The notes: generated from the sequence alone by a model not told the origin. A stretch of DNA of 64,000 nucleotides from a virus (IMGVR_UViG_3300012347_000364:25019-89018), one strand, 5' to 3'. Shown: positions 9,177 to 19,471, counted from the first letter of the stretch. Program-made: numbers and translations.

Positions 9177-10199
9177 ATGGATTGGATTGATCAGAAGTAC
9201 ATTGGTTTGATTTCGAATCGCGTCGAGCGATTTAAACGAATCAACAGCACTACGTACAACATGCGCTGCCCTCTTTGCGGGGATTCACGCACTAACAAAT
9301 TTAAAACACGAGGATACATCGTCGATAAGCCTGTCGTCGGTGCGCTATACTATTGTCACAACTGCCACGAGTCTATCTCATTTGGCAATTTTCTCAAACG
9401 GATCGATCCCTCGATCGCTGAGTCGTATAAACGCGATAAATTCCTCGATAGAAACGCCCCAGAGCCCGAGACCGAGGTAAAGAAGCCTGATATTACCAGT
9501 TTCGCTCCTCCTGTGTTTCTACAGGGTTCTAGTCCATTGAAATCGATCAAGAAAATCTCACAGATCGATCCTGAACATCCAGCCAAGAAATATGTCCAAA
9601 AACGGCGGATTCCTGCGAACTTGCATTATAAATTGTTCTACGCGCCAAAGTTTAAACAATGGGTGAATTCTATCATTCCGGAGAAGTTTGACGCTGAAAA
9701 TGATGAGCCTCGGTTAATCATTCCTTTTCTCGATCGCAATGGTGATATGTTCGGATTCCAAGGACGTTCTTTCCGAAAAGAGGGGATACGATACATCACT
9801 ATTATGATTGATGAGAACAAACCCAAGGTGTTTGGTTTGGATACTATTGATGATAAGGGAATTGTATTTGTTGTAGAAGGTCCTATCGATTCTATGTTCT
9901 TACCCAACTGTGTAGCGATGGCAGGCAGTGCAATTGGCCTACTAAATATCTTCCCCAACAAACCCAAAGATGAGTTTATCATCGTGATGGATAATGAGCC
10001 TCGTAACGAACAAATCGTTAAGACTATTGACAAATACATCGATGATGGGTATAATGTATGCATATGGCCTTCCGACTTAGTTCAGAAGGATGTGAATGAT
10101 ATGGTGTTAGCTGGATTGGATCCTGAAGCGATCATTCGAGCTAACACAAAACGTGGCCTAATGGCGAAAGCGGCATTGACGCAATGGAAGAAATTTTGA
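9177..10199 (+). CDS. 61: DNA primase, T4 gp61-like (zinc ribbon plus Toprim)
   Basis: N-terminus MRCPLCGDSRTNKFKTRGY...YYCHNCHESISFGNFLKRIDP closely matches T4 gp61 (CPVCGDSKTDQNKARGW...IHCYNCNYHAPIGIYLKEFEP); Toprim-like EGPIDSMF / VMDNE. Confidence 0.8.
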   Translation: MDWIDQKYIGLISNRVERFKRINSTTYNMRCPLCGDSRTNKFKTRGYIVDKPVVGALYYCHNCHESISFGNFLKRIDPSIAESYKRDKFLDRNAPEPETEVKKPDITSFAPPVFLQGSSPLKSIKKISQIDPEHPAKKYVQKRRIPANLHYKLFYAPKFKQWVNSIIPEKFDAENDEPRLIIPFLDRNGDMFGFQGRSFRKEGIRYITIMIDENKPKVFGLDTIDDKGIVFVVEGPIDSMFLPNCVAMAGSAIGLLNIFPNKPKDEFIIVMDNEPRNEQIVKTIDKYIDDGYNVCIWPSDLVQKDVNDMVLAGLDPEAIIRANTKRGLMAKAALTQWKKF

Positions 10200-10924
10200 A
10201 TATACCAATTCTCGAAAACGAAGAGATGTGGACACAACGTGTAATAGATGAGGAATCAATGAAGGTTAAATTAGTATCTTACAGCCGCCCCGACCGACAG
10301 TTCGTATCAGACGGATTGTACGATTGTCAAGATCTCGTAGCATACTGCGCACGAGTGTCGAATCCGAGTAATCAATTTACAACAGCAACGTCTGAAAAAT
10401 TAATCAACTATCTTATTAAGCACCAACACTGGTCGCCATTAGAAATGGTTTCAGCATGTCTCGAGATTGAAACTACAAGAGATATTGCACGTCAAATTCT
10501 ACGTCACCGCTCATTCTCATTCCAAGAGTTTTCACAGCGATATGCAGATCCAACAGAAGATCTTTCATTCGTTACACGTGAAGCTCGATTACAAGATACA
10601 AAGAATCGTCAAAACTCAGTCGAAACAGATGACCGCGAATTAAAGCGTGTGTGGGACGAAAAACAACAAGATATGATACGTCAAGCTCGTGCGACGTATC
10701 AGTGGGCTGTAAGTAATGGTATCGCAAAAGAACAAGCGCGCGCTGTTCTACCAGAAGGCCTTACCGTCAGTCGTCTCTATATGAATGGCACACTGCGCTC
10801 TTGGATTCACTACATCCAACTCCGTGCAGCACATGGCACACAAAAAGAGCATATCCTGATTGCACAGGAATGCGCAAAGGCTATTGCAACCATCTTTCCG
10901 ATGGCAGAGCAATTCACAAAATAA
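10184..10924 (+). CDS. thyX: flavin-dependent thymidylate synthase ThyX
   Basis: ThyX signature RHRSFSFQEFSQRY (RHRx7-8S...RY). Confidence 0.8.
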   Translation: MEEILNIPILENEEMWTQRVIDEESMKVKLVSYSRPDRQFVSDGLYDCQDLVAYCARVSNPSNQFTTATSEKLINYLIKHQHWSPLEMVSACLEIETTRDIARQILRHRSFSFQEFSQRYADPTEDLSFVTREARLQDTKNRQNSVETDDRELKRVWDEKQQDMIRQARATYQWAVSNGIAKEQARAVLPEGLTVSRLYMNGTLRSWIHYIQLRAAHGTQKEHILIAQECAKAIATIFPMAEQFTK

Positions 10925-10948
10925 TAACAATAACAACTGGAGTTTTAC

Positions 10949-12745
10949 ATGACAGATACTGTCCATGGCATAACCGTCGACTTTTCACGGGATGGCCTGT
11001 TTGATGAATTAGGTATTAAGCGACTAAAAGAGTCGTATATGAGAGAGGATGAGGCTTCACCACAGGAAAGATTTGCATATGTTTCTAAAGCGTTTGGATC
11101 AAATCCAGAACATGCACAACGTTTATACGACCATGCTTCTAAGCATTGGTTATCATACTCTACTCCTATTCTGTCTTTTGGTCGCTCTGCCCGCGGTCTT
11201 CCTATTTCATGTTTCCTTCCTTATCTCCACGACAGTTCGTCGGGGCTGGTTGATACTCTGTCGGAAGTAAACTGGTTATCGATGTTGGGCGGTGGCGTTG
11301 GTATTGGTGTCGGTATCCGATCTGCTGACGATAAGTCTGTTGGCGTTATGCCACATCTTCGCACATACGATGCAAGCTCTCTAGCATATCGTCAAGGCCG
11401 CACACGTCGTGGCTCTTATGCTGCTTATCTTGACATCAGCCACCCAGACATTCTAATGTTCTTAGAGATGCGTAAGCCTACTGGTGATCCCAATATGCGT
11501 ACTCTGAACCTACACCATGGCATCAACATTACAGACGATTTCATGCACATTGTTGAACAGTGTATGATTGATCCTAACTACGATGATACATGGGAATTAA
11601 AAGATCCACATAACGGCGAAGTACGCGACACTATTCCTGCACGTGAATTGTGGCAACGGATCTTGGAGATGCGCATGCTTTCAGGCGAGCCATACCTCCA
11701 CTTCGTAGACACATCTAATCGTGCTATGCCTGAGTTCCAGAAGAAGCTTGGATTGAAGATCCGTCAGTCGAATCTTTGCTCTGAGATTATCTTACCAACC
11801 GACAAAGACCGTACTGCTGTATGCTGTCTGAGCTCAGTCAATCTCGAGTACTTCGATGAATGGAAAACACACCCAACCTTCCTCAAAGATATTGCGGAGA
11901 TGTTAGACAACGTATTGCAATACTTTATCGATAATGCTCCTGAACCAGTCGCACGTGCAAAGTATTCTGCAATGCGTGAACGATCTATTGGTGTTGGTGC
12001 TCTCGGTTACCACGCATACCTACAGAAGAATAATCTTCCGTGGGAATCCGCAATGGCGACAGGCAAGAACATTCAAATGTTTAAACATATTCGTGAGACA
12101 TTAAATGCAGCTAACTTGGAATTGGGTACTGAACGAGGTGAGGCTCCTGATGCAGCTGGCACTGGCCTTCGTTTTAGTCATTGCATGGCTATTGCTCCCA
12201 ACGCTTCAAGCTCAATTATCATGGGGAACACTTCTCCTTCTATTGAGCCCCTGCGCGCTAATGCTTACAGACAGGATACGTTGTCTGGTTCATCACTGAA
12301 TAAGAATAAGTGGTTAGATCGAATCATTAAGCAGAAGTGTGAAGATAACACGAAGTTAGATTATCAAGAAATTTGGTCCTCTATCATTGCTAACGACGGC
12401 TCATGCCAACACCTAGAGATTCTAGATGATTGGGAAAAAGACGTCTTTAAGACATCGATGGAAATTGACCAACGTTGGTTAGTACAGCATGCAGCTGACC
12501 GTCAGCAGTTTATTGACCAGGCCCAGTCACTTAACTTATTCTTTAGACCGGACTGTAATATTAAGTATCTGCATGCTGTACACTTTCAAGCGTGGAAGAG
12601 TGGATTGAAGACACTTTACTACTGCCGTTCAGAAAAGCTTGCAAAAGCTGATAAAGTATCGAAGCGAATTGAACGTGAAGTTATTAAAGAGATCGACCTG
12701 CAAGCTTTGGTTGATGGTGATGTTTGTTTAGCATGTGAAGGATAA
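10949..12745 (+). CDS. nrdA: ribonucleotide reductase class I large subunit (short form)
   Basis: Active-site region NLCSEIILP, CCLSSVNLEYFDEW and a C-terminal CxxC tail (CLACEG); adjacent thioredoxin and nrdB. Confidence 0.8.
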   Translation: MTDTVHGITVDFSRDGLFDELGIKRLKESYMREDEASPQERFAYVSKAFGSNPEHAQRLYDHASKHWLSYSTPILSFGRSARGLPISCFLPYLHDSSSGLVDTLSEVNWLSMLGGGVGIGVGIRSADDKSVGVMPHLRTYDASSLAYRQGRTRRGSYAAYLDISHPDILMFLEMRKPTGDPNMRTLNLHHGINITDDFMHIVEQCMIDPNYDDTWELKDPHNGEVRDTIPARELWQRILEMRMLSGEPYLHFVDTSNRAMPEFQKKLGLKIRQSNLCSEIILPTDKDRTAVCCLSSVNLEYFDEWKTHPTFLKDIAEMLDNVLQYFIDNAPEPVARAKYSAMRERSIGVGALGYHAYLQKNNLPWESAMATGKNIQMFKHIRETLNAANLELGTERGEAPDAAGTGLRFSHCMAIAPNASSSIIMGNTSPSIEPLRANAYRQDTLSGSSLNKNKWLDRIIKQKCEDNTKLDYQEIWSSIIANDGSCQHLEILDDWEKDVFKTSMEIDQRWLVQHAADRQQFIDQAQSLNLFFRPDCNIKYLHAVHFQAWKSGLKTLYYCRSEKLAKADKVSKRIEREVIKEIDLQALVDGDVCLACEG

Positions 12746-12749
12746 TAAA

Positions 12750-12998
12750 ATGGCAAAAGAGTTACTAAAATTCCAAGCGGAGTGGTGTGGACCATGTAAG
12801 GCTTTAACGCACATCATTGACGATGAAGATTTGGGCGTACCTGTTAGAGTCATCGACATTGACGAAGATATGGATACGCCGAAGATGTATGGCATCCGTG
12901 GGGTGCCTACGTTGGTCCTTATCGATGGTGGTAAGGAGCTGAAGAGAATAACTGGCGTGAAGACGCTTGCCGCCTTAAAAGAGTGGTTGGGAGATTAA
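12750..12998 (+). CDS. thioredoxin
   Basis: WCGPC active site; ATG at 12750 preceded by GAAGGA. The track's GTG start at 12735 overlaps the nrdA end. Confidence 0.75.
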   Translation: MAKELLKFQAEWCGPCKALTHIIDDEDLGVPVRVIDIDEDMDTPKMYGIRGVPTLVLIDGGKELKRITGVKTLAALKEWLGD

Positions 12999-13001
12999 GT
13001 T

Positions 13002-13187
13002 ATGCCAATGCGCGACTACAAATGTAGAGTATGTTCCCATACGTGGGAAGAGTTGCGTAAGGGGCAGACCGATCCTGAAAGATGCCCAATGTGCAAGACA
13101 AACGCAGTATCTCGCAAGCTGTCAGCACCGGGCGGATTTACATTTACTAATGGAAACTTTAGTGCCTCCTCGGAGAAAAGAAAATAA
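13002..13187 (+). CDS. FmdB-family zinc-ribbon protein
   Basis: YKCRVCSHTWE...CPMCKT matches the FmdB CxxC..CPxC zinc ribbon. Confidence 0.5.
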   Translation: MPMRDYKCRVCSHTWEELRKGQTDPERCPMCKTNAVSRKLSAPGGFTFTNGNFSASSEKRK

Positions 13188-13384
13188 TGGATACATATTT
13201 CCTCAATAAAGAACTCACGACTGCGTGGGAATTGCATATGGAGCGCGTGTTTGAAACAGGCAGCAAGATTGATCTACCCATCGTTGTAGAAGTTGATGGC
13301 AAGACGCATGATATCGTCTCCCTACGTCGTGAAGATAATAAACTTGTTATAGGTATTGCAAATGAACCCAATACTACAACGTGA
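13187..13384 (+). CDS. hypothetical protein (65 aa)
   Basis: ATG overlaps the upstream stop (TAATG). Confidence 0.35.
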   Translation: MDTYFLNKELTTAWELHMERVFETGSKIDLPIVVEVDGKTHDIVSLRREDNKLVIGIANEPNTTT

Positions 13385-13919
13385 CAACTACCTGGTAATT
13401 CCTAACTTTCTTTTACCGGAGAAAGCACTTCATCTAGGAGCATTATTCGATGCTTTCTGTGAAGGAGCAAACGCACACGAGGACCTCAACGTTCCAAAGT
13501 CTACGTATTTTGCTAACCATATGGATTTTGTAGATTTGTTATGCCTATCAACTGTTCGTGTATCGCGCATGGCTGGAGTTCCAGTACTACCCACATACAC
13601 ATACACCCGTGCATATACAGAGGGAGCAGATCTCAAACCACATCGCGACCGAGAGGCATGCGAAATTAGTATTACGTTATGTATTGATGAGTCTGGCCCA
13701 GTGTGGCCAATCTTTATGACAAAACCAGACGGTAGTGTTTCATCATTATCGTTATTCCCTGGCGATGCTGTCATGTACTTGGGGTGTAGATCTGCGCACT
13801 GGAGAACGCCGTGCCCTACATCCAAATACAAACAAGCATTCCTGCACTACGTTAGGGCGGATGGTCCGTTTGCGGATGAGGCGTTTGAGTATATTAGAAC
13901 CGCGCCAGCACCGCGTTGA
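13362..13919 (+). CDS. 2OG-Fe(II) oxygenase superfamily protein
   Basis: H-R-D ... SAHWR iron-binding pattern; start placed at ATG 13362 (the track start at 13356 is TTG). Confidence 0.5.
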   Translation: MNPILQRDNYLVIPNFLLPEKALHLGALFDAFCEGANAHEDLNVPKSTYFANHMDFVDLLCLSTVRVSRMAGVPVLPTYTYTRAYTEGADLKPHRDREACEISITLCIDESGPVWPIFMTKPDGSVSSLSLFPGDAVMYLGCRSAHWRTPCPTSKYKQAFLHYVRADGPFADEAFEYIRTAPAPR

Positions 13920-13944
13920 TGATATGTGTTAATTAGAATATAAT
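13916..13944 (+). promoter_or_regulatory. sigma70-type promoter TTGATG-17-TATAAT
   Basis: -35 TTGATG at 13916, 17-nt spacer, -10 TATAAT at 13939-13944, 27 nt upstream of the nrdB ATG. Confidence 0.5.
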
Positions 13945-13970
13945 ACAACAGTAACAATAATAAAGAGTTT

Positions 13971-14963
13971 ATGATCAAAAAGAAAACATCATTAATGGAC
14001 GGTCGTACATCGTTCAAACCATTTAACTACCCTTGGGCATACGATGCATGGCTTAAGCATGAGCAGTCACACTGGCTTCATACTGAAGTTCCGATGCTAG
14101 AGGACGTCAAAGACTGGAAGAATCGCCTGAGCGATGGAGAGAAGGCGTTTCTCACTAACATCTTCCGTTTCTTCACACAAGGTGATATTGATGTAGCTGG
14201 CGGATATGTAAAAAACTATCTACCACATTTTCCTCAACCAGAAGTTCGAATGATGCTGATGGGATTTGCTGCTCGCGAAGCGTTACACATCGCAGCTTAC
14301 TCTCATTTGATTGAAACTCTCGGTCTTCCGGAAACGACATATAATGAGTTTCTATCATACCAAGAGATGAAGGATAAGCATGATTATGTCCTCGACATCT
14401 CAGATACAAACGGTACGAAAGAAAACACAGCTAAGCACATCGCTGTGTTCTCAGCATTTACTGAAGGCATGCAATTATTCAGCTCATTTGTAATGTTGCT
14501 GAATTTCCCGCGCCACGGCAAAATGAAAGGCATGGGTCAAATCATCACGTGGTCTATCGTCGATGAGACGATGCATGCCGAAAACATGATGAAGTTGTTT
14601 AAGACATACATCCATGAGAATAATGAAATTTGGAATGATGAGCTTAAAGAGTCTATCTACTCCATTGCAGAGCGTATGGTAGAGCTTGAAGATCGGTTTA
14701 TTGACTTAGCATTTGGTGTGAATTCGATGGAAGACATGACGGCAGATGATTTGAAGAAGTACATCCGCTATATTGCAGACCGTCGTTTGATTGGATTGGG
14801 TATGAAAGGTATCTTCAAAGTTAAGAAGAATCCTCTTCCATGGGTTGAAGAAATGATTAATGCCCCCACACATACGAACTTCTTTGAAAATCGTGCAACA
14901 GACTATGCCAAGGGTGCGTTGTCTGGGACATGGGATGATGTTTGGACAAAACCTAAGGAATGA
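13971..14963 (+). CDS. nrdB: ribonucleotide reductase class I small subunit (R2)
   Basis: Di-iron ligand motifs FAAREALHIAAYSHLIETL and FTEGMQLFSSFVMLLNF, IVDETMHAEN; uninterrupted (no intron). Confidence 0.8.
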   Translation: MIKKKTSLMDGRTSFKPFNYPWAYDAWLKHEQSHWLHTEVPMLEDVKDWKNRLSDGEKAFLTNIFRFFTQGDIDVAGGYVKNYLPHFPQPEVRMMLMGFAAREALHIAAYSHLIETLGLPETTYNEFLSYQEMKDKHDYVLDISDTNGTKENTAKHIAVFSAFTEGMQLFSSFVMLLNFPRHGKMKGMGQIITWSIVDETMHAENMMKLFKTYIHENNEIWNDELKESIYSIAERMVELEDRFIDLAFGVNSMEDMTADDLKKYIRYIADRRLIGLGMKGIFKVKKNPLPWVEEMINAPTHTNFFENRATDYAKGALSGTWDDVWTKPKE

Positions 14964-14964
14964 T

Positions 14965-15675
14965 ATGTCTGATTATGTACAACAGTTAATTGATAATAAG
15001 AAACTTGCAATCAAACAGCTGGATCTAGACCTTCCAGAGTTGGTGTCTAGTCTAGAAGCAATCAATGCCGAACTCCATTCCAAATATGTTATGGAGGATT
15101 TCCCTGAAGGCTTCTACCACAGTTTTGGAAATCTAGCAACTGCTGCATATAGTAAGTATAATTTATTTCAATCATTCCGTCCCGGAATTCAACAGCTCAA
15201 ACACAACATCAAACAGCTATTCGAATCTTCGTTAAAAACGGAAGACAAACCGCATTTTATATGTGCATGGTTTAATGTTTATCCGCAAGGTAGAGGTGCA
15301 GGTTGGCATCTGCACGTCGATCCCGCAAAGAAGACCTACCATGGAGTGTTTTGTGTTAGATCTAACGAGCCCAGCTCAACGATATATCGTAAGCCAGTTA
15401 ATACGGAATATACATACAATTGCTTAGAACATAAACCACCCCACTGCATTATTCTAGGTGATGCTCCCTGCAATTTCGATTCATTTGATGCAGAGCATTA
15501 TCAAGAGTATGCGATAGATAGCGTAGATAATAGGTTGTTTATCGCAGAATGTGATGGGGCAGTTCATAGCTCAACACCAAATGCTGTAGAGCTTCCACGG
15601 ATCACTGTTGCGTTCGATATTGCGTACGACATAACGCAAAATGAACCTCCCGGGATGATATGGATACCACTATAA
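14965..15675 (+). CDS. hypothetical protein, possible second 2OG-Fe(II) oxygenase/cupin
   Basis: WHLHVD ... H ... RITVAFDI pattern; ATG at 14965 with AAGGAA RBS, 1 nt after the nrdB stop. Confidence 0.4.
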   Translation: MSDYVQQLIDNKKLAIKQLDLDLPELVSSLEAINAELHSKYVMEDFPEGFYHSFGNLATAAYSKYNLFQSFRPGIQQLKHNIKQLFESSLKTEDKPHFICAWFNVYPQGRGAGWHLHVDPAKKTYHGVFCVRSNEPSSTIYRKPVNTEYTYNCLEHKPPHCIILGDAPCNFDSFDAEHYQEYAIDSVDNRLFIAECDGAVHSSTPNAVELPRITVAFDIAYDITQNEPPGMIWIPL

Positions 15676-15691
15676 TAAAAAAGAGGAAATA

Positions 15692-15880
15692 ATGTTTCAA
15701 ATCGACGAACAAGAAGATGATATTATGTTGTGTGTTGAGTGCGACTCAGAATTCACAATAACAAAAATCGACGGTGATTCACAGCCTGTAGAATTCTGCC
15801 CATTTTGCGGTGCGCACATGGTTGAAGAAGACGATGAAGATTTTGACGAAGATGAGGATGAGGGTCCAACATTAAATTGA
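15692..15880 (+). CDS. acidic zinc-ribbon protein (62 aa)
   Basis: CVECDS...CPFCGAH two CxxC pairs; poly-D/E tail. Confidence 0.4.
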   Translation: MFQIDEQEDDIMLCVECDSEFTITKIDGDSQPVEFCPFCGAHMVEEDDEDFDEDEDEGPTLN

Positions 15881-15970
15881 TTTTTGTTGATCTAGATTAA
15901 CGAACTGATAAATAGCAAAGTACAATGTTGTTATGTTTCGGTGACAAAATCTTAGAAAACAAGGAAAAAT

Positions 15971-16444
15971 ATGTACAAGAAGGTCGTTTTAGCGGCGCTT
16001 TTTGTTATGGCTTCATCAACGACGGTTGCGCAAACGGATCCAATCGTCACTGACTCGACATCTAGAAGTACCACCACTTCTATTAGTGAGACTACTGTAA
16101 AGTCTCCTCCACCAACCGCAGTAGCACCAGCAATCACTGTTATTAACAGCGACGTTTGCGCAGTCGCCGCGTCTGGTGCTGTTCAAACGCAAATTCTCGG
16201 TATATCGATGGGCGGAACGATGACCGATTTTAATTGTGAGCGTATCAAGCTCGCTCGCTCCGTATATGATATGGGGATGAAAGTTGCTGCCGTTGCCATC
16301 ATGTGTCAAGATGAACGTGTGTTTACAGCAATGTCCAATGCAGGCACACCTTGCCCGGTAGATGGTAAGATTGGCGCACAAGCCAAGGAAATTTGGGACG
16401 CAAACCCAGAACGTATTCCGCAAAAAGTTAAGAGTACGAAATGA
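15971..16444 (+). CDS. secreted protein with signal peptide (157 aa)
   Basis: MYKKVVLAALFVMASSTTVAQ signal peptide, then a Ser/Thr-rich linker and a Cys-containing domain. Confidence 0.5.
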   Translation: MYKKVVLAALFVMASSTTVAQTDPIVTDSTSRSTTTSISETTVKSPPPTAVAPAITVINSDVCAVAASGAVQTQILGISMGGTMTDFNCERIKLARSVYDMGMKVAAVAIMCQDERVFTAMSNAGTPCPVDGKIGAQAKEIWDANPERIPQKVKSTK

Positions 16445-18678
16445 TCAAGAGAACCCTAGCAATTTTATTGTTAGGAGTCTCTAGCGTTTTTGCCCAAACG
16501 ATTCAGACCACCCCTAACTTAATAACATCAGGTACTTCGCACACTTGGTATGGGGTGACTACAGGCACAATTCCATCAAACTACATGCCAGGCGGCCCCC
16601 AGCCTAGGTATGATCCTAGCACAAACACGATCGCGTTCAGTTACGGTAGCGCGTCTGTAGGACAAACATACGCTGTTAATCAAGCATTGGCTGGCGTTGG
16701 TGCAGGCGTTAAGGTTAATGGTTATAACTATAGTTACGAAGTCCGTAACATGAATGGTGACGATAGACAACCAGGCATCGATACGTTCACTGTCTCTCAG
16801 CTATTGAGAGGTCCAAACAACTCAGTTCTATTAAATAGCAGCCAATTCTATAACACTAAGTTTGAATGGCAGACAGTATCTGGCACACGAACTGCAACAA
16901 CGCCATACAACATAGCTGATACAAGTTATATACAGTTTGGTGTACAGGGAGCTGATAACGGGTACTGGGGCGGATACTTTGGCCCTCAGATTCGTAACGT
17001 TAGCATGAGCTTAAAGTATAGTGTCGATCCTTGCGCTACCAACCCAGCATACTCCCCATCATGTGCGGGATATGTTAATGTGGCAACGCAAAACGTATTT
17101 AACGGGATGACTGGTCAGCAAGCATATGCACTAAACAACGCACTATCTGGTTCGGGCGTAATGGTACATGGATTTAATTACGGTTACCAGTACAGTGTTG
17201 GTGGTAGATATTGTAGTTGGATGGACTTTCTTGGTGGATGTATTGGAACGTGGATATATCCTAGTGCTTCCGTTACCACAGACGTAACGGACAATACAGG
17301 CACTTCAATATACAACGAAGTCAATACACATACTGCTGGCACATCTGGTAGCTATGATAAACAAATGAGATTTGGTGCATCACGTCCTATTTCAACAATG
17401 GGTACGTTTAATATGACGCCGTCTGGCAACATTACCAATATGTATAGCACAGTTGTGTATACACCAGACCCGTGCGTTGTCAATCCATTATCATCGACGA
17501 CTTGTTCAGGGTATCAAGCTGCATACACACAACAACAATGTACGATCACTGCATTGTATAGCACTTCATGCCCGGGATATGCACAAGCATACTTTACTCA
17601 GCAATGTACAGCGAGCGCGTTATATGATTCATTATGCCCAGGATATGCAAGTGCTTATCTAACACAACAGTGCAACATTAATCCATTATACAGCACCACT
17701 TGCTCAGGTTATGACACTGCATACCACGACCAGCAGTGTAGCATCAATCCGTTGTATGCTACAAGTTGTGTAGGGTATACGCAGGCCTACCATGACCAGC
17801 AGTGTAGTGCTAATGCTCTATATGCATCCGATTGTGTAGGATATCAGGCAGCATATAAAGCACAGCAGTGCTCCATCAATGCGCTATATGCATCCGATTG
17901 TCCTGGTCACCAAGTAGCTTATAAAGCACATCAGTGTTCGATCAGTGCTTTGTATGCTAGCGATTGTCCGGGGTATGCACAAGCATACTTCAATCAACAA
18001 TGTACAGCTGATCCATTATACAACGCACAATGTGCCGGGTATAAAGCTGCATACGCACTCAAGTATATCACACCAACTACGACCACGATCGCCACAGCAG
18101 TAACGACGCCAGTAGTCGAGACGGTTGAAGCTACTAAGGCTGTATCTGATCCTATAACGACTGCTACCGCAGCTCCGAGTACTACATCAGCTACGTCGAT
18201 ATCGCCAATTGCCGTAATATCAACAGTTAAGCCAGCTCCTGCTGCTACGGAAACGGTAGCACAAGCTGAGCCGAAGAAGGAAGAAAAGAAAGCTGAAGAT
18301 ACTCCTAAAGCTAGTGCGGACACAAAGTCAGACAGCCCTAAGCCAAAGACTGCTAGAGAAGAGATGGCAGCTAAGCGCGAAGAAGCTGCAAAGAAAGAAG
18401 CCGTTGCAAAAGCCAAAGATCTTGCTAATCAGATGGGACAAGCAGCTAGCTTAGAAGCGCAAAAGGCAGTACAGAATGTTGTTATTCAGGCGATGGGTTA
18501 CTCGCCTGGGTTTGATCAATATGGTAAGACGAGCATTCCAGATACTCAATTCTACCGCCCATTCACCATATATGGTGGGCAGAAGAATATAGACACTCGC
18601 AGTGGGGCCCGCTTGTTTGGGGGCAGCGATAGAGTACATCAAGATATGGTCGATTCACAATACCAATTAGGAAATTAA
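16441..18678 (+). CDS. secreted 745-aa protein with nine tandem 22-aa two-cysteine repeats (QQCxIxALYASxCxGYxxAYxx)
   Basis: Signal peptide MIKRTLAILLLGVSSVFAQT; beta-rich N-domain; 9 x 22-aa repeats; Thr/Ala/Pro linker; Lys/Glu-rich C-terminal region. Confidence 0.55.
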   Translation: MIKRTLAILLLGVSSVFAQTIQTTPNLITSGTSHTWYGVTTGTIPSNYMPGGPQPRYDPSTNTIAFSYGSASVGQTYAVNQALAGVGAGVKVNGYNYSYEVRNMNGDDRQPGIDTFTVSQLLRGPNNSVLLNSSQFYNTKFEWQTVSGTRTATTPYNIADTSYIQFGVQGADNGYWGGYFGPQIRNVSMSLKYSVDPCATNPAYSPSCAGYVNVATQNVFNGMTGQQAYALNNALSGSGVMVHGFNYGYQYSVGGRYCSWMDFLGGCIGTWIYPSASVTTDVTDNTGTSIYNEVNTHTAGTSGSYDKQMRFGASRPISTMGTFNMTPSGNITNMYSTVVYTPDPCVVNPLSSTTCSGYQAAYTQQQCTITALYSTSCPGYAQAYFTQQCTASALYDSLCPGYASAYLTQQCNINPLYSTTCSGYDTAYHDQQCSINPLYATSCVGYTQAYHDQQCSANALYASDCVGYQAAYKAQQCSINALYASDCPGHQVAYKAHQCSISALYASDCPGYAQAYFNQQCTADPLYNAQCAGYKAAYALKYITPTTTTIATAVTTPVVETVEATKAVSDPITTATAAPSTTSATSISPIAVISTVKPAPAATETVAQAEPKKEEKKAEDTPKASADTKSDSPKPKTAREEMAAKREEAAKKEAVAKAKDLANQMGQAASLEAQKAVQNVVIQAMGYSPGFDQYGKTSIPDTQFYRPFTIYGGQKNIDTRSGARLFGGSDRVHQDMVDSQYQLGN
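17467..18060 (+). repeat. 9 x 66-nt in-frame tandem repeat array inside CDS 16441-18678
   Basis: Codon-level repeats encoding ..C.GY..AY..QQC...LY...; a degenerate tenth copy lies near 17030. Confidence 0.6.
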
Positions 18679-18679
18679 A

Positions 18680-19471
18680 ATGTCAGAAGAAAATAAGAAT
18701 CCAGAAGAAAACGAAAACTTAGAAGAAGAGTTGGATGATTCTGTAGAAGAGTCCGAAGAGGAAACCGAAGAAGGTACAGAGGAAGAATCTAATACTAATG
18801 CATTGGCTGGCTTAGCTGGCGCAGCAGCTGCGGGTGCATTAGCTAGTAGAGGTAATAAGAAGCCAGCGGCTAAGGCCAAGAAGGGTGCAAAAGCTGCGCC
18901 AGTAAAGACAGCTGCTAAGCCAGTTGCCAAGCCTGCACCAGCTAAACCTGCAATGCCAGCAGGTACGGTAGACGTCAACGCAGAAGTTGAAAAGCTTCAA
19001 AAACTGACTGACAAAAACACAGTGTGGACTATCGCTGGTTATAGCTTCACCCCAGCAAAGCTGATGATACTTGGCACGATCTTATCTACTGCTCTTGGTG
19101 GCTTGTATGGTTCTTTCGAAGTGTATAAAGACTATATGGACATGAAGAAGAAGATTGCTATGTACGTTGCTCCAGACTTATCAGAGTTGTATAAGAAGAT
19201 GGAAATCGCAGAACAAAATTCTGAGAAATCTGTTCAATACACACAGGATATTAAGAATGATTTGAAGAGCGATATTCGTCGCCTAGAAAACGTAGTTGAA
19301 GGCGTTGAGCGTAACTCCAAGCAAACGGCACGTGAGTCTGACTTAGCAGTACGTGAAGTACAACAAGAGCTTCGTAAGAATAGTAAAGAAACGGATCAAG
19401 CGATTAAACAAGTACAACGTGAGGTCGATATGAAAATTCAGAAGGCCATGGATAACCCATTAGCCAAATAA
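18680..19471 (+). CDS. membrane protein: acidic N-terminus, Ala/Lys/Pro-rich (histone H1-like) segment, one TM, coiled coil
   Basis: MSEENKNPEENENLEEELDD...; AAKAKKGAKAAPVKTAAKPVAKPAPAKPA; TM LMILGTILSTALGGLYG. Confidence 0.45.
   Translation: MSEENKNPEENENLEEELDDSVEESEEETEEGTEEESNTNALAGLAGAAAAGALASRGNKKPAAKAKKGAKAAPVKTAAKPVAKPAPAKPAMPAGTVDVNAEVEKLQKLTDKNTVWTIAGYSFTPAKLMILGTILSTALGGLYGSFEVYKDYMDMKKKIAMYVAPDLSELYKKMEIAEQNSEKSVQYTQDIKNDLKSDIRRLENVVEGVERNSKQTARESDLAVREVQQELRKNSKETDQAIKQVQREVDMKIQKAMDNPLAK

Noticed and set aside
12105-12299. Internal ORFs inside nrdA and other large genes (for example 12105-12299, 11049-11270, 47270-47941)
   Set aside because: These are out-of-frame ORFs nested within well-supported enzymes, and their hydrophobic or low-complexity translations are typical of spurious alternative frames.
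13971-14963. Looked for group I introns or intron-encoded homing endonucleases in nrdB, nrdA or thyX, as occur in T4
   Set aside because: All three ORFs are continuous and full length with their catalytic motifs intact. The HNH and GIY-YIG genes here are free-standing between genes, not inside them.
17467-18060. 66-nt tandem repeats considered as a possible CRISPR array or non-coding satellite
   Set aside because: The repeats are in-frame codon repeats inside a long ORF with no unique spacers, so this is a coding repeat protein and not a CRISPR array.
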